From positions 196,850,001-196,914,000 of the forward strand of contig NW_027362768.1 in NCBI RefSeq assembly GCF_046119375.1: a stretch of DNA of 64,000 bases, given 5' to 3'. Shown piece after piece: positions 13,190 to 25,349 of the stretch. Numbering within the stretch: position 1 is the stretch's first letter; the number at the start of each line of letters is the position of its first letter. This DNA is from Phyllobates terribilis. Taxonomy: Eukaryota. The position numbers were made by a program, and so were the translations under genes. The notes under the pieces are model-generated. The model worked only from the letters and a program-made list of their open reading frames with translations. It did not search any database and was not told the DNA's origin.

Positions 13190-13720
13190 TAAACTACATC
13201 TCCCAGCATTCTCTGCGGCTCCGGCGCCTGTGATTGGTCGGATCGCAGCTCGTATTTGGACCTTGCATGTGAGAGGAGGAAGCCGGCGCGGTGACAGCGA
13301 TGAAGAGGGGTGAGTGTCCGCTCTGCAGGGGGCGCTGCTCTGCTCCGGGGGCTGCTCTGCCCTCACACACTGCACCGGAACATCAGCGGCAGAGCGGTCC
13401 CGGGGCCCGGCGGCTCCCTGCGGTGTCACAGCTCCGGCTCCGTCTGTCTGTGGTGTCATGAAGTTTTCAGCCGTCATCATTGTCACATTGCAGAACACGA
13501 CGCCCCGAGGTGACGAGAATCAAGAGCCGCAGCCGCCACAGACCGCAGTGTGAACGGTGCGCCTCCTCTGCAATTTTCCCACAGTCCTGCGCTTGTCGCT
13601 GCGTCGTCTCAGACTCGGGGTTTCCGGGACCCCTGAGCCCGGTCCCACCTTGTGCATCTGGTGCCGATCTCCTGCGCTCGTCTCCGCACTGGTTGATGCT
13701 TTTTACTTAAGGAAAAACCT
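13190..13720 (+). promoter_or_regulatory. CpG-island-like promoter / first-exon region of samd13
   Basis: CpG-dense segment around the first coding exon, with a reverse CCAAT (gattgg) at ~13232 upstream of the ATG at 13300. Confidence 0.6.
13300..13309 (+). CDS. samd13: samd13 exon 1 (MKR + G)
   Basis: ATG AAG AGG G|gtgagt is a consensus donor; phase 1 matches exon 2; lies in a CpG island. Confidence 0.75.
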
Positions 13721-16700
13721 GCGGTTTTAGTGACCTCAATGAAAGGAGAAGGTGAAACCCACAACACAGAGGAAAAGAGAAAGAATCCGAGGATTCTGCC
13801 CGCTCAGACCCCGCACCAAAACCCCGGAGCGGGGGGACGAGGGGGGGATAGAAAACCCCGGAGCGGGGGGACGAGGGAGGGATAGAAAACCCCCGCAGCG
13901 GGGGGATGGGGGGGGTGACGAGGGAGGGATAGAAAACCCCGGAGCGGGGGGACGAGGGAGGGATAGAAAACCCCCGCAGCGGGGGGATGGGGGGGGTGAC
14001 GAGGGAGGGATAGAAAACCCCGGAGCGGGGGGACGAGGGAGGGATAGAAAACCCCCGCAGCGGGGGGATGGGGGGAGTGACGAGGGAGGGATAGAAAACC
14101 CCGGAGCGGGGGGACGAGGGAGGGATAGAAAACCCCGGAGCGGGTGGACGAGGGAGGGATATAAAATCCCGGAGCAGGGGGTGACGAGGGAGGGATAGAG
14201 AACCCCGGAGCGGGGGGTGACGAGGGAGGGATAGAAAACCCCGGAGCGGGGGGTGACGAGGGAGGGATAGAGAACCCCGGAGCGGGGGGTGACGAGGGAG
14301 GGATAGAAAACCCCGGAGTGGGGGGTGACGAGGGAGGGATAGAGAACCCCGGAGCGGGGGGTGATGAGGGAGGGATAGAAAACCCCAGAGCGGGGGGGTG
14401 ACGAGGGAGGGATAGAGAACCCCGGAGCGGGGGGTGACGAGGGAGGGATAGAGAACCCCGGAGCGGGGGGGTGACGAGGGAGGGATAGAAAACCCCGGAG
14501 CAGAGGGTGACGAGGTAGGGATAGAAAACCCTGGAGCGAGGGGATGAGGGAGGGATAGAAAACCCCGGAGCGGGGGGACGAGGGAGGGATTGAAAACCCC
14601 GGAGCGGGGGGACGAGGGAGGGATAGAAAACCCCGGAGCGGGGGGACGAGGGAGGGATAGAAAACCCCGGAGCGGGGGGACGAGGGAGGGGTAGAAAACC
14701 CCGGAGCGGGGGGACGAGGGAGGGATAGAAAACCCCGGAGCGGGGGTAACGAGGGAGGGATAGAAAACCCCAGAGCGGGGGTAACGAGGGAGGGATAGAA
14801 AACCACGGAGCGGGGGGACGAGGGAGGGATAGAAAACCCCGGAGCGGGGGGTGACGAGGGAGGGATAGAAACTCCCGGAGTGGGGTGACGAGGGAGGGAT
14901 AGAAAACCCCTGAGCGGGGGGGGATGAGGGATAGAAAACCCCGGAGCTGGGGGACGAGGGAAGGGTAGAAAACCCCGGAGCGGGGGGACGAGGGAGGGAT
15001 AGAAAACCCCCGCAGCGGGGGGATGGAGGGGGGTGACGAGTGAGGGATAGAAAACCCCGGAGCGGGGTGACGAGGGAGGGATAGAAAACCCCGGAGCAGG
15101 GGGTGACGAGGGAGGGATAGAGAACCCCGGAGCGGGGGGTGACGAGGGAGGGATAGAAAACCCCGAGGGAGGGATAGAAAACCCCGGAGCGGGGGGTGAC
15201 GAGGGAGGGATAGAAAACCCCGGAGCAGGGGGTGACGAGGGGGGGATAGAGAACCCCGGAGCGGGGGGTGACGAGGGAGGGATAGAAAACCCCGGAGCGG
15301 GGGGGTGACGAGGGAGGGATAGAGAACCCCGGAGCGGGGGGTGACGAGGGAGGGATAGAAAACCCCGGAGCGGGGGGATGACGAGGGAGGGATAGAGAAC
15401 CCCGGAGCGGGGGGTGACGAGGGAGGGATAGAAAACCCCGGAGCGGGGGGGTGACGAGGGAGGGATAGAAAACCCCGGAGCAGAGGGTGACGAGGTAGGG
15501 ATAGAAAACCCTGGAGCGAGGGGATGAGGGAGGGATAGAAAACCCCGGAGCGGGGGGACGAGGGAGGGATAGAAAACCCCGGAGCGGGGGGACGAGGGAG
15601 GGATAGAAAACCCCGGAGCGGGGGGACGAGGGAGGGATAGAAAGCCACGGATTGGGGGAAAACCCCCGGAATATGGGGGTGAGGGAGGGATAGAAAACCT
15701 GGAAACGGGGGGACAAGGGAGGGATAGAAGACCCCGGAGCGAGGGGATGAGAGTGGGATACAAAAACCCGAAGCGGGGGGGGCGGAGGTGGGATACAAAA
15801 CCCTGGAGCGTGGGCACGTGGGAGGGATACAAAAACCTGAAGCAGAAGGACGAGGGTGGAATACAAAACCCCGAAGCAGGGGGACGAGAGGAATAGAAAA
15901 CCCCGGAGTGAGGGGACGAGGCAGGGATACAAGACCCTGGAGCGAAGGGATGAGGGTGGGATAAAATACCCCAGAGCGGAGGAAAAACCCTGGAGCGAGG
16001 GGACGAGGGTCGGATACAATAACCCGAACCAGGTGGACGAGGGTGGGATACAAAACCCTGGAGCAGGGGGGACGTGGGGGGGATAGAAATCCCGGGAGCA
16101 GGGGAACGAGAGAGATAGAAAACCCCAGAGCGAGGGGAAGAGGGAGGGATAGAAATCCCGGAGCGGGGTGACAAGGGAGGGATAGGAAACCCCGGAGCAA
16201 GGGGACAAGGGTGGGATAAAATAGCCCAGAGCGGGGAGATGAGGGTGGGATACAAAACCCCGGAGCGAGGGGACGAGGAAGGGATAGAAAACCGTGGAGC
16301 GAGGAAATGAGGGTGAGATACCAGACCCCGGAGTGGGAGTACGAGGAAGGGATAGAAAACCCTGGAGCGAGGAAATGAGGGTGAGATACGAGACCCCGGA
16401 GTGGGAGTACGAGGGAGGGTTAGAAAACCCCGGAGCGAGGAAATGAGGGTGAGATACAAGACCCCGGAGCGAGAAGACGAGGGTCGGATACAATAACCCG
16501 AACCGGAGGGACAAGGGTGGGATACAAAACCTTGGAGAAGGGGGGATGTGGGAGGGATACAAAAACCCAGAGCAGAAGGACGAGGGTGGGATACAAAACC
16601 CCGAAGCAGGGGGACGAGGGAGGGATAGAAATCTACGGATTGGGGGAAAAACCCCGGAGCAGGGAGGGAGGGTGGGATACAAAACCTTGGAGCGGGGGAA

Positions 16701-19700
16701 CAAGGGTGGGATACAAAGCCCTAGAGGAGAAGGACGAGGGTGGGATACAAAACCCTGAAGCAGGGGGACGAGGGAGGGATAGAAAACTACGGATTGGGGG
16801 AAAAACCCCGGAGCAGGGAGGGAGGGTGGGATACAAAACCTTGGAGCGGGGGAACAAGGGTGGGATACAAACACCAGAGCTGGGGGACGAGGGTGGGATG
16901 GAAAACATTGGAGCGGGGGGGACGAGAGTGGAATAGAAAACTCTGGAGTGGGGAGACGAGGGTGGGATATAATACCCCCAAACGGGGGGATGAGGGTGAG
17001 ATAAAATAGGCCAGAGCGGCCGGGGGACGAGGGTGGGATAGAAAACTCTGGAGCGGGGGTGGAGAGTGGGATACAAACACCAGAGTGGGGGGATGAGGGT
17101 GGGATACAAAACCCCCGAGCGGGGGGACAAGGGTGGGATGCAAAACCCGGGAGCGGGGGGACAAGGGTGGGATACAAAACCCCGGAGCGAGGTGTCTGTA
17201 AAACTGTAAAAAAGGTCATCTGTCCGTGATAATTCCGATTTTTGATAACGCCGTCCAGAAAAAATAAAAAGTGAAGTTAGCAACTTTGGTGTTCTCCGGC
17301 AAATGTTATGGTTGCAGCACAGCAAGTGTGGGAGCAGTTCAGTGCCGGACCCCCACTACCAGGGACCGATTCCAGAGGTGCCGTCTTCCATTCTTAGCTC
17401 AATCATTTGTTTTATCTGTGCATGAGGGGGCTCCATGCTGGCACCTTTGTTTATGGGGGAGGCGGTGGGCATTTTCTCCGAGCTCCTCAAGTGATCATAT
17501 TTTAATCCATGTATCCAAAAATATACAACTAAAGTCTTTTGTATCAATATTAAAATAGCAGCACAACCCAGGGTTTCACCTGTTATCGGCTTCTTCTGGG
17601 GCACGTTATACAACTTTAAATTTTGCAGTTTTGCCCATTTCTACTGTTTGTGGGGTCACTGCGCTATTACCGATTCCGGAGACATTTTGCTGCTAATGTT
17701 CTGAGTGTCTCTTTTGCGCCATTAATTGTTCACACTGTCAAAGCGCATGTAAAGCTGGTGATTCGTGGCATGGATTCTATTTATGGGCAGGGATTTAAGG
17801 GCTGAAAACTGAGCACAACTACTAGTACATACAGTCCTGCGTATCGTTATTGGCGCCATGAAGTTTAATTGCATAATGTGGAATATCTTCTGAAAATAAT
17901 GAATCAAGTGAAACTGTGTTTTGTATAGAGACTCGTGTTAAATACAAAAGAGCAAATGATAAACAAGAATGTAGAACGAAAAACAATGGGAGGGAAAATG
18001 GAGAAACCTAAAGCTGCTGTCACTGGTATTGGCGCCTTTCCATTAATTGAGTATGGAAACACATTTTTACTCGCCTGTGGTAAATAACAAAAGCAATTCA
18101 CTTGTGATTAATTGTCGGTGCCCATGTGACATGAATTAGCCAATTAAAAAAAGCCACATGGTAGGCCCTGTTCCTTTGTCACAATGGTGAAGACAAAGGA
18201 GCTGTCTGAGGACATCAGAACTGCTATTATTAGAAAACACAAGACTTCCAAAGGGTATAAGGCCATCTCCAAAGACCTTGGTATCCCAGTTTCAACAGTG
18301 CGCAATGTTATTAAGAAGTTTTCCACGCATTGAACCGTCAAGAACCTCCCTGGACTTGGGAAAAAGAGGAAAATTGACAAGAGATGTCTCCGAAGGTTGG
18401 TGCGAATGGTGGAAAAAACACATCAAACATCCAAAGACCTGAAGGCCAACCTGGAACAGTCTGGGGTCATGGATTCAACAAGTACCATACGCCGCACACT
18501 AAACCAAGCACAGCTTTATAGGCAAAGGCCAAGGAAGAAACCATTCCTGAAGAAAAGACATAAAAAGGAACAACTGATCTTTGCCAAAGAGTACCTTGAC
18601 AAATCACAATCCTTCTAAGAAAATGTTCTGTGGACAGATGAAACAAAAATAGAGCTTTTTGGCAACGAAAAGCAACAGTTTGTTTACAGATGGCGCAATG
18701 AAGCTTATAAGGAAAAGAACACCTTACCAACAGTTAAATATCACACCAAGGAAAGGGGGAAAATGTCACGCCAGGTGTGGGAAAGACTTAGTGCAACACA
18801 GAGGGAAAAGGGAAAGGGAGCCCAGACACTAGGTAAAGGGGGAAGTGGAGACCTCCTAGTCTGGTCTAGTGTCACCCTCTCTCCACTAACATCCCTATAT
18901 AGCCTCCTCAGCTATCGCCGCACGCGTGCTTCGCCCTACTCTCCCTGGCGTATGGCTACGGCTAAGGATGGAAGGAGATGAGCACTAGTCAACCTCCACT
19001 AAACTCTATAGACAACAAGGGTGGACAAAACAGGGGAAATGGCTTAGCTTTAGATGAACTCCAAATAAGCACACGGCCTCAAGCTCCAGAGAGGATGTAG
19101 TACTGCTCCTGCTAAGCTTCACAAGTAGAAATGGATATAGCCGGCGACTCCCTCTCAGACACACCAGGTATATATACACCCAGGCAGAGAGCTGATTAGC
19201 AAGAGAGAGGTAGCCGCTCGGTCCTAAAGACAGCCTCTTATCTAAGAGGCTGTCTGCAATACCAAACGTAGAGATCTCCTGCAACCCACTGAATGGTGAC
19301 TGTCTGTCACCTATGACACACCCGTGACATTAAGCATGGTAGAGGATCCATAATGCTGTGGGGTTGCTTTGATGCATCTGGTACTGGAGGCCTTGACCGT
19401 ATCACAGGAATCATGAAATCAGAGAATTATCAAGAGATTTTAGAGTGAAATGTCCTACCCAGTGTAAGAAAACTCTGTTTGAGTCGAAGATCATGGATCC
19501 TCCAGCAAGACAATCACCCAAAGCACACATCCAAAAGTACACAGGAATGGTTGAAAAAGAAAAAATGGACTGTTTTACAATGGCAGCAATGAGTCCTGAC
19601 CTCAGTCCCATTGGAAATCTTTGGGGTGAGCTGAAGTCTGCCATTGGGAAAAAGACCCCTGTAAACATTCAAGAGCTCGAACAAACTGCAAAGGATGATG

Positions 19701-22700
19701 GGAGAAAACTGCAGAGAAGAGCAAGAAGCTTATAGATGGCTACAAGAAACGTGTTGAGGCCGTCAGCAATGCCAGAGGGTGGGCAACCAAGTATTAATTA
19801 GGGGGGCCTTTATTGCTGCACATGCTGCTTATTCTGTTTCTTTGAAATTGCAACATGGAAGATGAAAAACAATGTATTATTGTTGTATTACTTTGGACCA
19901 CTAATTAAAAAATCCTGAGGATATAACTTTGGTACATTTATTTCTGAAGATATTGTACAGTCTACGAAAAAAATGAAGTGGAGCCAATAATGGTGATCAG
20001 CACTGTATGAGAGTACCTATACCAGGCACAGATTATTGCCATATACAGGTCATATACAACATCCTGGTGGTCCTACATCCACTGTACGTCTTCATGGTGG
20101 TCCTACACCCACTGTAAGACTTCATGGTGGTCCTACATCCACTGTAAGACTTCATGGTGGTCCTACATCCACTGTAAGACTTCATGGTGGTCCTACATCC
20201 ACTGTAAGGCTTCATGGTGGTCCTACATCCACTGTAAGGCTTCATGGTGGTCCTACATCCCACTGCACAATATCAAAGACTGACCTTCACTTTCAAACAG
20301 AAAACTGGTGTGTACAGGTGCATACTAAGAGTAGCCATTTCCATATATAACTAACAAAGTAGCATTCTGTAACACTATAGCATGTAAACATGAAGTGTAT
20401 GAAATTGGAATTGCTTTACTGCTCCAGAAAATATTTAAAAACGTAGACAGTAAGTTTCTGTTTGGAAGTGACGGTCAGTCTTTGATATTTATACATAGAC
20501 TCTCTGACTGAGCACTCCACCCATCAGCAGGATCCTACCTTCCCATGTACATGTAGGCTTCAGCCCAGGAGAGGATTCACATTAGATTAGGTTCCCATCA
20601 ATGAAGATCGCCTTGCCGCGGCTGCTGGCCACTCATGAATATATGCGCTATGTATCTTTGTTGTTTCCTATTTTATAGAGCAGTAATGCAATTTCATATA
20701 TTTCATGTTTGCATACTATAGCACTACAGAGTGCTACTTTATTTGTTAGCTACATCCACTGTACAACTTCTTGGTGGTCCTACATCCCACTGTATGACAT
20801 TCTGGTGGTCCAACATCCCACTGTATAATATCCTGGTGGTCCTATTTCCCGCTATACGAGATATTGGTGGTCCTACATCCCACTGTACGGCATCCTGGTG
20901 GTCATACATCCACTGTACAATATCCTGGTGGTCCTACATCCCACTGTACAGCATCCTGGTGGTCCTACATCCCACTGTACAGCATCCTGGTGGTCCTACA
21001 TCCCACTGTACCATATCCTGATGGTCTTACATCCCACTGTATGGAATCCTAGTGGCTCTACATCCCACTGTACGACATCCTGGTGGTCCTACATCCCACT
21101 GTACCATATCGTGTTTGACCTACATCCCACTGTACGACATCCTGGTCGTCCTACATCTGACTGTATGACATTCTGGTGGTCCTACATCCCATTATATGGC
21201 ATCCTGGTGGTCCTACATCCACTGTACGATATCCTGGTGGTCCTACATTCCATTGTATGGCATACTGGTGGTCCAGTACCTACTGCTGATATGTTGCACT
21301 TGTCAGACGTCTCATTAATCATTTATGATCTATGTTTTTTTGAACAGTTATAGAAATCAAAGAAACAGCCGGACTTTCCCAGGACAGCGAGACTATGGAG
21401 AGCAAAGAGAACGGCTCCACGGACTCCAAAAGGTAAATTCTGCACGGTTCTGGTCACTGTGCGCTGCATCATTGGGTGAGATTTATAAAAAAGAAAGCGG
21501 TTCTGGTGAGCGGCGGACCCTGCACCGCGCAGCGACAGCGGAGGGTCTGTGGAGGGACAGCGGGGATTACAGCCCATCTCATCCTTTTTTCTAGTGAAGA
21601 TAAGTGGCGGCAGTGATGCTGATAGCTGCTTATCCCCATCACCCCTAACCACCTGTGTCATCTGTGTCATATACATGCGTCACAGGTCGGGGAGTGATTC
21701 CCCTACGCTGGGTGCTGACTGTGATATACAGCTAGCACTCCGCCTTTAGTTGTCGCCATCTTTGTGCTCCCACGGGAGGTTTTTTTTTTCTCATCATTTC
21801 GCCTCATTTGGATTATTTCCCATTTTCCGCACATTTAAATGAAATGAAAAAGAAAAGGCTGCGTCCCTAAGGGGTTAATGGGCCAAGTGCTTATATCACC
21901 CCAATTTATTAACCCTTTGAGGGTGCAGAGATGATATTCTTCCTTCACCTGTGAGAGTCCTCGTCCTCTGTACTTGTTACATCGACACATAAATCGTTAC
22001 ATCGTAGAACCGTTTGTCCTTTCGGACAATGTTCATTTTAATGACACAATTCTGGGACATTTACGATTTCTTGAAAACCTTTTATGATTTTTTTTTTATG
22101 CTGAAGTGGGAAACTCCTGCAATTCCTTATTCCTTGAGGGGCTTCTTGGCTCCTTTTTTTTTTAGCATCGATCACTGTGTAGTAAATGTGGCAGGAACTT
22201 TATTCCCTACGTTACGGCCATACCAAATCCACAGCGGTTCTGAATGATTTGCTTTCTTCTCGCTTTCCGCAACTTCTTTATTTTATTTGATGGAGTTGAA
22301 GAAGTTTTTTTTTTTCTTAAATCATAAGTAGAGAGAAAATAACGGGTTGTAAGGTCTTTGTAGATGCAGCGATTCCAATAAAAAAATTCTTCTATTGAAG
22401 ATTTAGAAAAGTGTCGATCAGACGGGACAGGACGTGGCTGAGCGCCTGACGGATCCCCGGCTGATCCCCGGCTAAGGGACATATGTGGCAGCAGTTGAAA
22501 GATGCACCAAACTCCTGAAATAGTTGCGTCTAACTCCAGCGCCCCCTTCATTAAAGCTTATTAATTAATCAGTATAGCCGGATAGTGCTACAAATACAAG
22601 CAATCATGCAATTTGCTGCTTATTACATTTTTAGCTATTCTTGACATATAAACACTTGTTGCCTTGGAGACTGACCACTGCTGCTTACAAGCTGAAGAGC

Positions 22701-23523
22701 AGCAGTGGTCGGTCTCCAAGACAACAAGCTGTAAAAAAAAAAAATTGCTAAAAAATCTTTGTTTTTTTATGAGCCTCTCCAACAATATCCATCTAGGAAG
22801 ATGAGAATCTTCTATTAAAACTTGTGTACAAGACGTCCCTGTTAATGAATGGGGGGCCGTAGAGTTTGTATCCTTATGATAGATCAGTAGTTTTTGCACA
22901 TGATAGGCGAGCCTCACCCAGATACTGCCGCAGTTGTGGTCACACACATGATTGCGTTTTGGGGTCCATTGTCGTGTTATTGGGGGTCTCATGTTCTTGT
23001 GTTTTCCAGCTCGATAGAGAACGGGAGACCCCCGGACCCGGCGCTCTGGGCCATCGATGATGTCGTCAATTACTTTAAAGCGGCCGGATTTGAAGAACAA
23101 GCAGCAGCGTTCAGAGATCAGGTAGGTGATAATAAAGGGAAACCCCAACCTGACAGATCCTCTGTAAGGCCGTGTTCACATGTTCAGTATTTATTTTACA
23201 TCAGTATTTGTCCTGAACTGACAGAAGTGCAGGAGTTGTGTCTTGTCAGGTCCCGCTCTGCTGTAATATGTGGCCTGCGGGTGGCGCTCTCACGGTGCGG
23301 CTCGGATCCCACGGTGTCTCCGGTCACCTTCTCATTGTTTCCTTCCTTTTCTTGATTGTTCTTCTCGTTTTTTCATCAGGAAATCGATGGGAAATCTCTG
23401 CTGCTCATGACCAGAAACGACGTTTTAACTGGACTTTCCCTAAAGCTGGGCCCAGCGCTGAAAATCTACGAATATCACGTGAAGCCGCTGCAGACACAGC
23501 AGCTCAAGAGCGGATCCCCGTAA
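13300..23523 (+). CDS. samd13: Sterile alpha motif domain-containing protein 13, 116 aa, join(13300..13309,21348..21432,23010..23121,23380..23523)
   Basis: Spliced product [116 protein letters not shown] matches vertebrate SAMD13 as recalled. All introns are GT-AG, the phases fit (351 nt), and synteny with uox and dnase2b agrees. Confidence 0.93.
13818..17191 (+). repeat. ~34-bp G-rich minisatellite (CCCCGGAGCGGGGGGACGAGGGAGGGATAGAAAA) in samd13 intron 1
   Basis: Period 34 (14563 to 14597). Homogeneous in the 5' part and more diverged in the 3' part (GGGTGGGATACAAAA variants). Confidence 0.95.
17832..20005 (+). mobile_element. Degenerate Tc1/mariner transposon interrupted by a solo LTR
   Basis: TA-flanked CAGT...ACTG ends with degenerate TIRs. 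Transposase remnants run 18184-19797 ([12 protein letters not shown]..., [38 protein letters not shown]) with stops and frameshifts. Confidence 0.9.
18739..19329. mobile_element. Solo LTR (~590 bp) inserted in the Tc1 transposase
   Basis: Splits TLPTVK|HG. Ends are T(A/G)TCAC...CGTGACA with a second TGTCACG at 18764. Flanked by TTAA(A)/TTAA(G), and carries a TATATATA box at ~19170. Confidence 0.7.
20051..21275 (+). repeat. 30-31-bp minisatellite (GGTGGTCCTACATCC(C)ACTGTA...) in two blocks, 20051-20272 and ~20750-21275
   Basis: Visible tandem units; the first block is near-perfect 30-mers, the second is diverged 31-mers. Confidence 0.9.
21348..21432 (+). CDS. samd13: samd13 exon 2
   Basis: ttttttgaacag| ...[27 protein letters not shown]... 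|gtaaat. Confidence 0.9.
23010..23121 (+). CDS. samd13: samd13 exon 3 (SAM domain N-half)
   Basis: gttttccag| [37 protein letters not shown] |gtaggt. Confidence 0.95.
23380..23523 (+). CDS. samd13: samd13 exon 4 (SAM domain C-half, stop)
   Basis: tttcatcag| [37 protein letters not shown]...TAA. Confidence 0.95.
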   Translation, partial: EIDGKSLLLMTRNDVLTGLSLKLGPALKIYEYHVKPLQTQQLKSGSP

Positions 23524-23929
23524 GACGTGGGCCGTCATGTGGCTGCAGAGAGACCCCCACATATGGACCATCCCCGAGGACGCATGAGCGGGGGGAAGGG
23601 CGCAGGGACCGGCGCCGCTGATCTCCGCTCCTTGGGAAGAGTTAATGTGTTTTGTGATCCTCCGAGGACTTGGTGATGCTGCACGGAAAGCGCCTCTATC
23701 TGTACAGAATCGCCCTGCCGGTCACCTGATCCCCAGTGGACGGCGGACACGATGAACATTTATCATAATGATCCTTCTAGATTTATAAAAGATTCCAGGG
23801 ACAAAAGTGAATTCAAGCCGGCGCCCCCGGGTGGTCGGAAAAAGGTGAATTATCAGAAATCTGGGAAATGAAATGGAAGTATATACAGTATGTATATGGG
23901 ACGAGGAAATGTGGCTCCCGTCGCCGCTA

Positions 23930-24440
23930 TACGGAGCCACCATCACCTCTATACGGGGTAACCTCTATATGGGGCCACCGTCACCCCTATACGGGGACAT
24001 CTCTATATGGAGTCACCTTTATATGGGGTAACCGTCACCTCTTCACAGGGTCGCCTTTATATGGGGCCACCATCGCCTTTGTACGGGGTCACAGTCACCT
24101 CTATATGGGGTACCCTCTATAAGGCGTCACCATCACCTCCTATACGGGATCACCTTTATACGGCGCCAACATCGCTTCTATATGGGGTCACTCCTATACG
24201 GGGTCACCATCACCTCTATTATGGGGCCACCGTCGCCTCTATACAGGGTCATTATCGCCTCTATATGGGGTCACCCCTATACAGGGCCTCCGTCACCTCT
24301 ACACGGGGTTACCTTTATACGGGGTCACTGTAACCTCTATACTGGTTCACCATCACCTCTATACAGGGCCACCGTTGCCTCTTTATGGGGTCACCTGTAT
24401 ACGGGGCCACCGTCACCTCTATACGGGGCCACCGTCACCT
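23930..24440 (+). repeat. ~22-bp degenerate minisatellite (CACCTCTATACGGGG(C/T)CACCGT) 3' of the samd13 stop
   Basis: Repeated cctctatacgggg / ctttatacgggg cores. Confidence 0.85.
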
Positions 24441-25032
24441 CCATAATTATTACAAGTGCCTCTCGCTCTTGGTGTCACCGGTCACACAATTATTCTAGAC
24501 TTATCCCGGGTACCAGGTAAAGACTGATTGCGGGGCCCCTCTTTATTGCTCCCAGGGGTCCCTGTAAATCCACACATAGTAGTTATATCACAATGGGGAC
24601 AGGGTGGCTGCTGCCTCGTCGGCCTGTGATTCACAGTCGTGTCCACAAGGGGCAGTGTTATAATGGCTGCTAATTAGATGGAGCTGAATTGTAATAGCAC
24701 AAAGGGTTTAAAGACTGACAATCACTTGTTTGTCCCTGCAGTTGTCAGTTGTCGTTTTCCTGTCCCCATTGTTCTCTGGACAAGAATATATAAACTGCAA
24801 AATTGGATGTGTTCTCACCTGCAGTGTAAAGCAGGGCGGACTCTATGTGGATGACTCCCACAGATTGCAGATGTCAGACTGGACCTGAAGCTGCTGATAC
24901 GTTTTATATTGAAGTATGTGACAATCACTGGAGACTTCTGTAGAGATTCTACCAGAGCATTCACTATAGGGAGAAAAGTATGTGCCCCCCACATCCACCT
25001 CCGGGGGCTTCTCTAGCTGCTATCTTTATCTA

Positions 25033-25260
25033 CAGCGCTGATCACCATTATTGGAACCCCTTCATTTTTTTCGTAGACTGTACAATATCTTCAGAAATAA
25101 ATGGAAATGGACCAAAGTTATATCCTCAGGATTTTTTAATTAGTGGTCCAAAGTAATACAACAATAAAACATTGTTTATCAACTTCCATGTTGCAATTTC
25201 AAAGAAGAAACAGAATAACCAGCATGTGCAGCAATAAAGACCCCCTAATTAATACTTGGT
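25033..25260 (-). mobile_element. 3'-terminal fragment of the same Tc1 family as 17832-20005, in inverted orientation
   Basis: Reverse complement of ~19786-20005 (TA cagcgctgatcaccattattgg...aatacttggt). Confidence 0.88.
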
Positions 25261-25349
25261 CTGCCTGTCTCCTGAGCGCGATCGCAGCGTTCAGGAGACA
25301 GGCAGACCCATTCTACGGAAAGCTGCTGAGACCATGCTCACAGCATCTA

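Noticed and set aside
13707-17325. Proline-rich ORFs of 800-1170 aa on the minus strand
   Set aside because: Translation of the C-rich strand of the 34-bp minisatellite; open in all frames.
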